Of a stretch of 31,878 nucleotides of DNA, positions 1 through 8,357 are shown piece by piece (the stretch's first letter is position 1; each line of letters begins with the position of its first letter). The notes beneath the pieces were generated by a model. That model was given only the letters and a program-made list of their open reading frames with translations. It was not told the DNA's origin and searched no databases. Source of the stretch: a virus (Duplodnaviria; Caudoviricetes); IMG/VR virus record IMGVR_UViG_3300030330_000419, positions 1 through 31,878 of that record; one strand, given 5' to 3'. A program made the translations under genes and the position numbers.

Positions 1-1682
1 AAAACCTCGACATCATCTACCAAGCCCAACTTGTAAGCATCTAAATACATATTGTACTCAGCCATCTTATTTGATGGTAATGTTGAACCTGATACTATCC
101 GAATATCGTGCTGACCTAATGATATATCATTATCTATAGACTGCAATTCTTTAGACTTATCATCGTAAAGTCTGTTATTTACAGTAAATTCTGTAATGTC
201 ATTATTAGGTTGCACTATTCTAAAAGTCTTTTTAAAACTATAATGTCCTTTAGCAAAGTTATAAACACATCTACCAAGAACATCTAAGCTTCCCTCTATA
301 TCCCTTAATTTAGATCTACCTCTTGATTCTCCCATTTCTTGCAACAAGTATGTGCCCCTAGCTGTATCAGCAGCACCACTTCTAAACCCTTGTAACAACT
401 CTGGTATACCAAAATTTAAATCTATATAATTTTCTACTCTACTAATTAATGCGTAGAACTCAGAAGATAAAGCTTGGGGTGCTGGATAATGAGGTTCTCC
501 AAACTCTGGATTAAACTCAATAACAGCATTAGGGTTTGCCCAATCTCTTTCTAGCTGACCAATGTCATCAACACTACCTTCTGGAACTAAAAGTTTTAAA
601 CCAGCAGAAGCTTGTGCATGACTTAAAGTTAAAGAAAATAATTTATTAATTAGTCTTTGAGAATCCTTAACCTTATTTACATCGGACTTTGGATAAGGAG
701 TGTTTGTCCAAATATTTGGGACTGGTATAATAGGGTATATATCAGTATTTAGCACTTGTTCATAAAGCAGTATTTGTCCAACTGTAGCCACATGTTTTAT
801 ACGAGTTTGCATAACCTCGACTGCTTCAACCAGTCCCGATTCTATCAAATGAGAGTTTTCAGACAGAATCTTTTGAAAAGAATCTAAATCAACTATCTTT
901 TCTTCTTGTGTTTCCTTATTAAATAATCTATAAAAAGGAACTTTAATTTTTTCAAATCTCTCTAGTATTTTGTATTTTTCATACCCATCACTATCATAAT
1001 CTTTAACTACATCAGGAGTAAAAGAAGATGAAGAGTTTTTTCTTTTAGATGTAGGATAATCTTCCTCATCTGTTGAGCTATCAATACTATCAATAATCTC
1101 TTCTAGTTTTGGATACAATCCTAATAACTGATCTTTTGTAAGTATAGTAGAAAGGACTATAGCTGATGCATCAGCATAATGCCTATCTCTAGATGCTGGG
1201 TCTACATAAACACGAAAAGGGCTAACACCAGTAATCTTAACATCCCCTCTACCAAAATCTGATTCTGGGTCAACATAAACATAAAAGTATCCTATACCAG
1301 ATACTGAATAGTCATGAACAACTTGTTTAAAATGTGTATTACAGTTTGATATATCCCAAATGTATTCTAATATAGTTCGCCAAACATTTGATAATTTATA
1401 ATCAGAATCTTCTCTGGCAACTGCAGTAAACTTTGGGTTTCTTGATGTTAGTAAAGATTTTAACTTATCTACAGCAGCATAAACTCTATCTATAATAAAA
1501 TCACCTTGACCAACAGATTGAAGCATTTCTGATTCTTCTGATGAGTAATGATTTCCTAAAACAAAATCTATAGCATCTCTGGCTTCTGTATCCCAGTTTG
1601 CTCTAGCGTCTCTATACCTTCTAAATAAGTCTCTATTTCGCTGGGCTTCTTCATGCTCAGCAAATGTTTCTACGTAGTTAAT
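1..1682 (-). CDS. Phage portal protein (P22-like), 3' end outside window; probable ATT start
   Basis: Minus frame reads INYVETFAEHEEAQRNRDLFRRYRDARANWDTEARDAIDFVLGNHYS...MLQSVGQGDFIIDRVYAAVDK..., similar to the N-terminus of P22-type portals; lies directly downstream of TerL. SD AGGAG is 7 nt before ATT (1682-1680), with an in-frame TAA a few codons upstream; first in-frame ATG is at 1526. Confidence 0.85.
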   Translation of the reverse strand, partial: MNYVETFAEHEEAQRNRDLFRRYRDARANWDTEARDAIDFVLGNHYSSEESEMLQSVGQGDFIIDRVYAAVDKLKSLLTSRNPKFTAVAREDSDYKLSNVWRTILEYIWDISNCNTHFKQVVHDYSVSGIGYFYVYVDPESDFGRGDVKITGVSPFRVYVDPASRDRHYADASAIVLSTILTKDQLLGLYPKLEEIIDSIDSSTDEEDYPTSKRKNSSSSFTPDVVKDYDSDGYEKYKILERFEKIKVPFYRLFNKETQEEKIVDLDSFQKILSENSHLIESGLVEAVEVMQTRIKHVATVGQILLYEQVLNTDIYPIIPVPNIWTNTPYPKSDVNKVKDSQRLINKLFSLTLSHAQASAGLKLLVPEGSVDDIGQLERDWANPNAVIEFNPEFGEPHYPAPQALSSEFYALISRVENYIDLNFGIPELLQGFRSGAADTARGTYLLQEMGESRGRSKLRDIEGSLDVLGRCVYNFAKGHYSFKKTFRIVQPNNDITEFTVNNRLYDDKSKELQSIDNDISLGQHDIRIVSGSTLPSNKMAEYNMYLDAYKLGLVDDVEV

Positions 1683-1709
1683 AGTCGGACTCCTAAATGT
1701 ATATTATAT

Positions 1710-1738
1710 AATATAATACGTTTTATGTCTTTTGTCAA
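1710..1738 (-). promoter_or_regulatory. sigma70-type promoter for portal operon
   Basis: TTGACA (1738-1733), 17 nt spacer, TATATT (1715-1710), in the TerL-portal gap. Confidence 0.8.
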
Positions 1739-1745
1739 GTATTTT

Positions 1746-3332
1746 TTATCTTCTTTGTCCAGTAATCCAACTTCTTAGTATAGATTTTTGTTTTTTCTTT
1801 CGATTGTTATTATTATCTGCTTGAAAATTATCAGAGTTAAAACTTTTACTTAGAGGTGCTCTAGCATTTACAATAGAATACCAAAGACCATCTAGTAAGT
1901 CATCATTTTTTCCTTTTGGAAAGTGAAACATTTCATCTACTAACTCTTGATGTATTTTTCTATGAAACAGTTTGCCACGATTTACAATAGGACAAAGTGT
2001 AGATTCTATTCTATCTTCTTTTTTAATACCATGGGGTGGTCTAACTCCTCTAGCTATTCCAGGTGTCATCTTTCTATCAAACCCACTCATATTGTTTACA
2101 GAGTCTTTGATAATACCTTGAGCACCTACATGCTCCACATTAACTCTTCTAACTGGATTGTATTGTTTTGCAATCTCAAATATTTTTTGTGGCATTTCAT
2201 ATAAAGGTAAATGATCGTGATAATATTCTAATATATAATAATTTTTTTCACTATCAATAGCTGTAACCATAATAACTTGATAGTCATTGTTTGCATTTGC
2301 TTCGTATGCTAAGTCTACACCCATATAAACATTTACTGGTATAACTTTATCTTTTGATTTTATATAAGCTTGGTTAGAGTTAGATATAAACTCATAATCA
2401 TGATGCTGCAGTTTATCAATCTTAAATTTAGCAGTAGCTAAATCTCTAGCATCATTCATATACTCTTGTGCAAACTTATGTAACTGACCTACATTTTCAT
2501 AGTCTTTTCGTATTTGATTTATCTTGTCTTTACTAAAATAAGAATTCCACAAAGGTTTACCATTCTCTAGTACTCTATGAAATATAACATCCCAAGTATA
2601 AGATTCGTTTTTTTCTTGGGCTTCAAGATATCCATCGTATATAGCCTGCAATGCTGAATCGTAATGTACGATAGTGCCAATTAACCAAATGGATCCCTCG
2701 TTGCCCTTAGATTCTTCTAAAGATGGGTAGACAGTTGACATCAACCATTCTTTAATCTCTCTTCTTCTATCTGGTGTTTTTGTATTTAACTCAGATTCAA
2801 AGTCATCAAGAATAATATTTGTATATCTAGTACCTAACTCAGATCGACCACGCAATCTTTGACTAGTACCTTTTGCTATAACTCTATCTCCACGACTAGT
2901 TGTTATTTCTTTTTCAGTCCACTTATCTCCAACCATATCTCCAAAGTAATAGTGTAATGGACTGTTAAACTCAATATGGTTTTTAATATATTTTAAATGA
3001 TCAACAGCTTGTCCTTGCTCTTCTGATACCCAAGCAGCAAATTCTTTTTTACCTTGTGGGTTAAAATATATTTTATGAAGCAATGCAGCTTTAGCCATAG
3101 TAGATTTAGAATGACCTCTAGGCAAAACAACACAAAGCTTTCTAAGACTTCTATCAAGCAACTTATTACCAACTTCATAATGAAAAGGTGCTGGTGTGCT
3201 TTTCATAAAATCTTCTGGAAGAAACAGTTGACCAAAAGCTATAAGATCTTTTGATACTAAATTAAGAACTCTTTCTTTTTCAGAAAGACCACTTGAGTTT
3301 ATATTAAAATTATCTATCGTACCAGTCTCCAC
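1746..3332 (-). CDS. terL: Terminase large subunit
   Basis: Walker A-like PRGHSKST, Walker B IILDDFE, coupling motif IGTIVH, nuclease GVDLA and C-terminal FPKGKNDDLLDGL. Start is GTG 3332 or possibly ATA 3317. Confidence 0.95.
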   Translation of the reverse strand: METGTIDNFNINSSGLSEKERVLNLVSKDLIAFGQLFLPEDFMKSTPAPFHYEVGNKLLDRSLRKLCVVLPRGHSKSTMAKAALLHKIYFNPQGKKEFAAWVSEEQGQAVDHLKYIKNHIEFNSPLHYYFGDMVGDKWTEKEITTSRGDRVIAKGTSQRLRGRSELGTRYTNIILDDFESELNTKTPDRRREIKEWLMSTVYPSLEESKGNEGSIWLIGTIVHYDSALQAIYDGYLEAQEKNESYTWDVIFHRVLENGKPLWNSYFSKDKINQIRKDYENVGQLHKFAQEYMNDARDLATAKFKIDKLQHHDYEFISNSNQAYIKSKDKVIPVNVYMGVDLAYEANANNDYQVIMVTAIDSEKNYYILEYYHDHLPLYEMPQKIFEIAKQYNPVRRVNVEHVGAQGIIKDSVNNMSGFDRKMTPGIARGVRPPHGIKKEDRIESTLCPIVNRGKLFHRKIHQELVDEMFHFPKGKNDDLLDGLWYSIVNARAPLSKSFNSDNFQADNNNNRKKKQKSILRSWITGQRR

Positions 3333-3672
3333 TTTCTATTACCCTAAATGAATTACTACGCTGCAACATCTCATCTCCAGCAACATATATCCAAACATTT
3401 TCTGTAGAACCATTATCCATCTCTACATCTGTTTTAACTCTTCTGTACAAACCAGAACTAATACCTTCATACATATCATATCTCATTAGCTCTTCAAATG
3501 TAACATCATGTACCTCGACAACTGTTCCTTTTCCATTTTCGTTCTGTATTACAGCTGGAAAGTTTTTATGCCCTGGGTATACAAGAGAGGATTTTTTTAC
3601 CCTGCCAGTATTTTTAGAACCTTTTCTAAGTGTTCCATATACAGCAAGCTTTATATCTTTTTTATTACTCAT
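3310..3672 (-). CDS. Gamma-glutamylcyclotransferase (AIG2/GGACT-like) protein
   Basis: AVYGTLR motif, FPAV, YDMYEG with candidate catalytic Glu, LYRRV, WIY and C-terminal IESGDW. Confidence 0.9.
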   Translation of the reverse strand: MSNKKDIKLAVYGTLRKGSKNTGRVKKSSLVYPGHKNFPAVIQNENGKGTVVEVHDVTFEELMRYDMYEGISSGLYRRVKTDVEMDNGSTENVWIYVAGDEMLQRSNSFRVIESGDWYDR

Positions 3673-3896
3673 TAACTCACTCCATGAACTGCTGGTAAAC
3701 CAACAGAATCTATTTCTAAGTTATTATCATAAATAGTCATACAACTCATACATTCAACATACATTTTATTTTGATCTAAATTATTTATTATATAAGCAGT
3801 AGGAAATAATTTATGCCCACATAATACACAATGACTAGACTTCAACTTCTCTGTTAGCTTCTGCAATTTGTTTAACTCCTCCTGATCCGATGGCAT
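3672..3896 (-). CDS. Small zinc-ribbon protein
   Basis: CVLC...CMSC; SD GGAG upstream; stop overlaps the next start. Confidence 0.65.
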   Translation of the reverse strand: MPSDQEELNKLQKLTEKLKSSHCVLCGHKLFPTAYIINNLDQNKMYVECMSCMTIYDNNLEIDSVGLPAVHGVS

Positions 3897-4599
3897 CTAA
3901 CTGCTCCTTTGTAAATCCTTGAAAGACAGCAACTGATTCTGTTCTCTTATCTGTATCCATCATCCCACTGATTTGCATTAATGTTTTAATAGCTTGTATT
4001 TTATCTTTATCTTGAGACTCCCCATTGTCTACAATATGTTTCATCTGCTCTAGTAAATACAAAGGAGTAATCTCAGCTTCTGTAAGAACTTTGTCTATTT
4101 CTTCTCTAATCAATTTTTGTATCCTTTTTGCTTTCATGAGTATTTTGGCTTGACCCTCAGCATATCTTCTGTTATTGGTTGGATACGCTTTTAAAAAAGA
4201 GTCTACTATATTTTCACCTTTAGCAACAAATTGAGCAAAAACAAACTCTCTGTGTGTTAATTTTTTTTTCTCAATTTTATGATTCCAGACTGTTTTATTA
4301 GCCAAGCCAAAAGAGTAAAGATTTTTTCTAGGCTCTCCCTCTATCTTAACAGTTTTATTGCAAACAAAAGTTCCTAACGGAACTCTTATGTAATCTTTTG
4401 TTGCATCAGAGTCTTTTGATACTTTAAGCTTTCCACGTTTTAAAACCTGACAAACTTGTCCATCATCTGAAACTATCCAACTACCCTCATCTCCATCTCT
4501 CCAGTTATTAACAACATCTGTGTTTGCATTGTACTGTTTAAATTCTTTTATACTTTCGTATATAGGATGATTAACCTTATTAATCTTTCTGCTTATCAT
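3835..4599 (-). CDS. terS: Putative terminase small subunit with N-terminal extension
   Basis: C-terminal half has TerS-like pattern (LTHREFVFAQFV...KAYP...ILMKAKRIQKLIREEI...DKIQAIKTLMQISGM); upstream of TerL. Confidence 0.7.
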   Translation of the reverse strand: MISRKINKVNHPIYESIKEFKQYNANTDVVNNWRDGDEGSWIVSDDGQVCQVLKRGKLKVSKDSDATKDYIRVPLGTFVCNKTVKIEGEPRKNLYSFGLANKTVWNHKIEKKKLTHREFVFAQFVAKGENIVDSFLKAYPTNNRRYAEGQAKILMKAKRIQKLIREEIDKVLTEAEITPLYLLEQMKHIVDNGESQDKDKIQAIKTLMQISGMMDTDKRTESVAVFQGFTKEQLDAIGSGGVKQIAEANREVEV

Positions 4600-4608
4600 C
4601 TATTATAT

Positions 4609-4637
4609 AATATAACCTATTTTATTGTTTTTGTCAA
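4609..4637 (-). promoter_or_regulatory. sigma70-type promoter for terS operon
   Basis: TTGACA (4637-4632, containing the TGA stop of the upstream gene), 17 nt, TATATT (4614-4609); ATG 9 nt downstream. Confidence 0.8.
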
Positions 4638-5512
4638 GTAGCAGATCTATATGCTACATTTGTTTCTAATGTATTTGACTTGCCTCTGATATGTGGAGAA
4701 TAACAAGATGTACAATAGTAAACATCATATGCACTTGCACCAGTATAGTATTTCTTTTTATGTTTCTTAATAGAATTACTACCACACACAGAACAAACAT
4801 TTTTATCCATCATAACAGCTATGTTAGGATGGTTTTTAATGTAAGGTCTTAGTTTTAAATACATTTGTTCTAGCCCCATAATATCATGCTTGTTATACTC
4901 TTCCATTTCTTTGAGAGCTTTTCTATCTCCATTCATACAATCAACCCAAAGCTGAAAGTCTGTTTCTAGTTTTTGTTCTAATCCTAAAAACTTTGTAATA
5001 TAATCTTGCTTGTTAGAAGTTAGGGCAAATTCTTTTCTAGCTACTTTTAATGTATCTATTGTTTTGTATGGCATTGGGGGTACAAAACCATTGCTTAAAA
5101 ATCTAGCTTTTAATTTTTTAAGATCAAACTTATCTCCATTGTGAGCAATAACAATATCTGCTTCGTTAAGAAGTTTCCAAACAGATTTTATTATTCGTTT
5201 GTCATTTCTTTCTTTTGCTTCTTTAGAAGTTAAGACATCACTTAATATCTTATCATCATACAACCATTTAGCAGACCAGCTTAAAACATACCAGTCTATA
5301 GCTTTGTTATTATTATCTTTTATAATGCTATGTGGATGTACATACTGTTTACCTATACTCCAAACCCACACAGCTATCGGTGTGGTCTCTATATCAAGAA
5401 AAAGTATTTTAGGTAGTTTTGCATCAAAAGCATCTGCTCTATCCATAGCAGCAGTATTGCCTTTAATAAACTGACCCTTTGCATTACGATTGCCATCTGC
5501 TTGCCAACTCAT
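4634..5512 (-). CDS. DnaQ/RNase_H_2-like 3'-5' exonuclease with C-terminal zinc ribbon
   Basis: ExoI FLDIET, ExoII AHNGDKFD, ExoIII YNKHD; CSVC...CTSC at the C-terminus. Confidence 0.9.
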   Translation of the reverse strand: MSWQADGNRNAKGQFIKGNTAAMDRADAFDAKLPKILFLDIETTPIAVWVWSIGKQYVHPHSIIKDNNNKAIDWYVLSWSAKWLYDDKILSDVLTSKEAKERNDKRIIKSVWKLLNEADIVIAHNGDKFDLKKLKARFLSNGFVPPMPYKTIDTLKVARKEFALTSNKQDYITKFLGLEQKLETDFQLWVDCMNGDRKALKEMEEYNKHDIMGLEQMYLKLRPYIKNHPNIAVMMDKNVCSVCGSNSIKKHKKKYYTGASAYDVYYCTSCYSPHIRGKSNTLETNVAYRSAT

Positions 5513-5868
5513 TTACCCCAAACCTTTTCTGCAACCAACTGAGCAATCACGCCATATATTGATAAGTCTCTAAATGCATCCATGTATGTTTCATCTGATA
5601 CTGCATTCTTACCACTATTTTTAATTAAAATATTTTTTAATCTATTTACTTTGTCATTCATTCGAATAACCAAAGCAATAAGAGACAACATTCTGTCGCT
5701 TTCATTTTCAAGATCTCCACCAAGCGTGATGTTGCCACTTCCATAATCATATTGTTTTTTACAAAATAATTCATACTGTTCAGTTGTTATCTCTCCAAAC
5801 CTTTCCATCATTTGAGGATACATTTCTTCTATCTTCTTACGAAAAATTTGATTAGTAATCTCTCTCAT
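5509..5868 (-). CDS. DUF1599 / nucleotide-modification-associated domain 1-like protein
   Basis: KKQYDYG, IRMNDKVNRL, ETYMDAFRDLSIYGVI pattern. Confidence 0.8.
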   Translation of the reverse strand: MREITNQIFRKKIEEMYPQMMERFGEITTEQYELFCKKQYDYGSGNITLGGDLENESDRMLSLIALVIRMNDKVNRLKNILIKNSGKNAVSDETYMDAFRDLSIYGVIAQLVAEKVWGK

Positions 5869-5877
5869 TTGATTCCT

Positions 5878-6075
5878 TTATAATGTTATTGCTGGTACTA
5901 CAACTCTAGTAAAATAATTACACTCTGTGTCTATGGTGCATTCCTTTCCTTGTCTTTTAGAATCAATACGCATAATTAGTCTGCGATCAACAGAATACAT
6001 ATCACACCCTAAACATCTACCATTATCCCAGTTAGCACAGTAGGTGCGTGCATCTTGTTTTTTATATTTTTTCAT
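5878..6075 (-). CDS. Small Cys-rich protein (65 aa), probably leaderless
   Basis: MKKYKKQDARTYCANWDNGRCLGC...ECTIDTECNYF; ATG at 6075 is 6 nt after a TATATT -10 box; the longer ORF-track start runs through the promoter and TA tract. Confidence 0.7.
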   Translation of the reverse strand: MKKYKKQDARTYCANWDNGRCLGCDMYSVDRRLIMRIDSKRQGKECTIDTECNYFTRVVVPAITL

Positions 6076-6081
6076 ACACTC

Positions 6082-6110
6082 AATATAATACAAAAATAAA
6101 GTTTTGTCAA
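6082..6110 (-). promoter_or_regulatory. Leftward sigma70-type promoter
   Basis: TTGACA (6110-6105), 17 nt, TATATT (6087-6082). Confidence 0.85.
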
Positions 6111-6124
6111 GTTTTATTTTTTTC

Positions 6125-6153
6125 TTGACAAATGCTATTAAAGTACTTATATT
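6125..6153 (+). promoter_or_regulatory. Rightward sigma70-type promoter
   Basis: TTGACA (6125-6130), 17 nt, TATATT (6148-6153). Confidence 0.8.
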
Positions 6154-6240
6154 GTATATAGCTAAACTAGAGAAATAAATATATAATATATATATTATAT
6201 ATAAACTATATAAAGAAAAATAAGTTATTAACATAACTTA
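6154..6240. other. TA-dinucleotide-rich tract (possible unwinding element/origin)
   Basis: aaataaatatataatatatatattatatataaactatataaag; non-coding. Confidence 0.45.
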
Positions 6241-6358
6241 GAAAAAGAAAAATATATGACCTATAAAAAAATTTTACCAAAAAATTTACAGAAATGGGTT
6301 TATAATATATCAGCACCCTATAAAATAAAAACTAAAGAAAGGTTAGAAAAAAACCAAA

Positions 6359-6685
6359 ATGAAAAAATTACTCTCTGTGTTGTTACTGTTGATTGGTTGC
6401 AGTAACCCTCCAAAAACTACATATTATAATTATAAAGACCTAAATGGCAAACAACATATCTTTACTACAGATATATATAAATTAAAAGAAACAGATTATC
6501 ATTATTGTTATGAGCATAATACACTACATAAGTTAGAAATAAAAGGATATGCACAAACTACTATGATGGTAGACTCTACTGGATCAAAACATTTTTACGA
6601 ACACATGCTGGATAACTCTAATAACTGGTGTTATGTCCATAATCGATATGAATATGTAGAAGCCTTAAAAACGCTTCAAGAATAA
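6359..6685 (+). CDS. Lipoprotein with internal tandem repeat
   Basis: Signal peptide II MKKLLSVLLLLIG-C; two similar units DxxGxxHxF/Y...CYxHN. Confidence 0.75.
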   Translation: MKKLLSVLLLLIGCSNPPKTTYYNYKDLNGKQHIFTTDIYKLKETDYHYCYEHNTLHKLEIKGYAQTTMMVDSTGSKHFYEHMLDNSNNWCYVHNRYEYVEALKTLQE

Positions 6686-6900
6686 CATATCCATACTTAT
6701 ACTAGACAAAAGTAAAAAAACTCCATATAACAGCAAATTTGGGACAAATAGAGGTATTTTAGTTTTATAGTCATACCCATACTTTATACATACACTTCAC
6801 AGTTGTAAAAATTGTACCATTTTGTGTGTGGTTCTTTTTTGCGTGCCACCCCCCCCTGCCCGATTTGTTTGCATTTGTAAAATTTGGTTAGAAATTCTAT

Positions 6901-6922
6901 ATTTCGACTAGCTAGTCTAAAT
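6901..6922. repeat. Near-perfect 22 bp palindrome
   Basis: atttc-gactagctagtc-taaat; core 6906-6917 is perfect, one mismatched pair in the flanks. Confidence 0.75.
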
Positions 6923-7027
6923 TTCAAATACTTAGTTTAAATATAAAACTTAAATTCGAAAGTTTTTTTTAATTTGACTTAATTTTTTTAGTGCTGCAAG
7001 TTGATCTAAACTTAAAATTTTTAAGTC

Positions 7028-7086
7028 TAAAATTGCCCTGGTATTTACTTTTATTTTATTATTTTCTTTTAAAATTGCCCTGGTAT
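7028..7086 (+). repeat. 17 bp direct repeat, two copies, 42 bp period
   Basis: taaaattgccctggtat at 7028-7044 and 7070-7086. Confidence 0.9.
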
Positions 7087-7134
7087 CGTTAATTTAATTT
7101 ATGTCAAACAACAACAAAAAAAAGGATATAGAAA

Positions 7135-7524
7135 ATGCCAAAACAAATGACAGAGAAAGAGTTTAACGCTACTAAAAAAAGTCTAACCAAGCTCGGAATG
7201 TTAGAGGCTGTTAAGCAAATGGACAAAGACAGAGAAAGTGGAGATATAGAGATTGTAGATAAAACTCCTAGAAGTGGTCACATAGACTTTATAGCAGACG
7301 TAGAACTAAAAGAGAAACTAATGCAAATTACTAGGGAATTATCAAAACTTAGTAATTTTGAATATGAAGTCCCTAATCAATCTATGCTACAAAAAGGAGA
7401 GTTAAACAAACTATCTAAGTTAAAAAAGGAACCGAGCAAAATTAAAAGAAAGTCAACAAAGTACTCGATTAATATTGCTACCGAGCCAATTTTCTTAGAT
7501 GAAAACGGCAAAGAGATTAAATAG
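7135..7524 (+). CDS. Hypothetical protein (first gene of putative early region)
   Basis: 129 aa ORF, SD AAGGA, followed by its own terminator. Confidence 0.8.
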   Translation: MPKQMTEKEFNATKKSLTKLGMLEAVKQMDKDRESGDIEIVDKTPRSGHIDFIADVELKEKLMQITRELSKLSNFEYEVPNQSMLQKGELNKLSKLKKEPSKIKRKSTKYSINIATEPIFLDENGKEIK

Positions 7525-7547
7525 CTTTAATCTAGCCTAAACAAAAC

Positions 7548-7581
7548 AAAGAGCCTATCTATTTATTTAGATAGGCTTTTT
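7548..7581 (+). terminator. Intrinsic terminator
   Basis: agcctatcta-tttatt-tagataggct stem-loop with T run after and A run before. Confidence 0.85.
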
Positions 7582-7620
7582 GCGTTTATATAGTAATCTT
7601 ATCTATAAAGAAAGTTATCT

Positions 7621-8010
7621 ATGAAAAAAATTTATTTTGAAATAGAATATACTCTAAAAAAGAAGTGGATACTCTATCTAGAAGATAAAGAGATAGGTTC
7701 ATTTTCTAGTCATGAAAAATTGATAGAGCGTATTTTATATATACGAGACTTATGCAGTAAAGAGTCAGATTATATAGAGATATATAATAGAAACAATAGA
7801 AGTATCTACAAGGTAGACCAACATAGACTAGGCGACTTGATAGTCAGACTAGGTGGTCTATTTACAGATGGTGGAGATATGACAGATACAGAGTATCTAG
7901 TCAAACATACACTAAAGATACATAAGCAACCAATCAAAACACATAGAGCAATCAAGCCTATAGATACCAAAGTTACTAGACCTATACTTAGAGAGGACAA
8001 GACTTGGTAG
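7621..8010 (+). CDS. Hypothetical protein
   Basis: 129 aa ORF co-oriented with neighbours. Confidence 0.6.
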   Translation: MKKIYFEIEYTLKKKWILYLEDKEIGSFSSHEKLIERILYIRDLCSKESDYIEIYNRNNRSIYKVDQHRLGDLIVRLGGLFTDGGDMTDTEYLVKHTLKIHKQPIKTHRAIKPIDTKVTRPILREDKTW

Positions 8011-8042
8011 ACAATCAATCAAGATAGAGAGGAGTTATTACT

Positions 8043-8285
8043 ATGATGAGTACTAAGGAACCAATTTTTACGAGAGTAATAAACGATTTAACTAAATCTC
8101 AAAAGAGAGTAAAAGAGTTAGAAGAAAAAAAGAAGTCTATGGAATTACGTATAAATAGACTAGAAGAACATAGAGATGACCTGAGAAAGCAAGTAAGATA
8201 CCTACAAAACAGACTATATAGAGCTAATCAATCTATGTATCAAAGATTTAAAGACTATATCAAAGATAGAATAGATCAATGGTAG
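8043..8285 (+). CDS. Coiled-coil hypothetical protein
   Basis: SD AGGAG; heptad-like KRVKELEEKKKSMELRINRLEEHRDDLRKQVRYL. Confidence 0.75.
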   Translation: MMSTKEPIFTRVINDLTKSQKRVKELEEKKKSMELRINRLEEHRDDLRKQVRYLQNRLYRANQSMYQRFKDYIKDRIDQW

Positions 8286-8357
8286 ACAGATGTCCACATA
8301 GTAGAAAGTGGCAACTGGTAGAGTGGTACGTCAAATACTTTAATACGTCTAAGAGAG

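Noticed and set aside
6076-6234. N-terminal extension of ORF 5878..6234
   Set aside because: Low-complexity Y/I/L translation of the TA tract and promoter pair; ATG 6075 fits better
7028-7086. Mini-CRISPR array
   Set aside because: Only two 17 bp copies with a 25 bp low-complexity spacer
7580-7609. Possible promoter TTGCGT-N18-TATAAA
   Set aside because: Overlaps the terminator tail and deviates from the phage's own consensus; could be chance in AT-rich DNA
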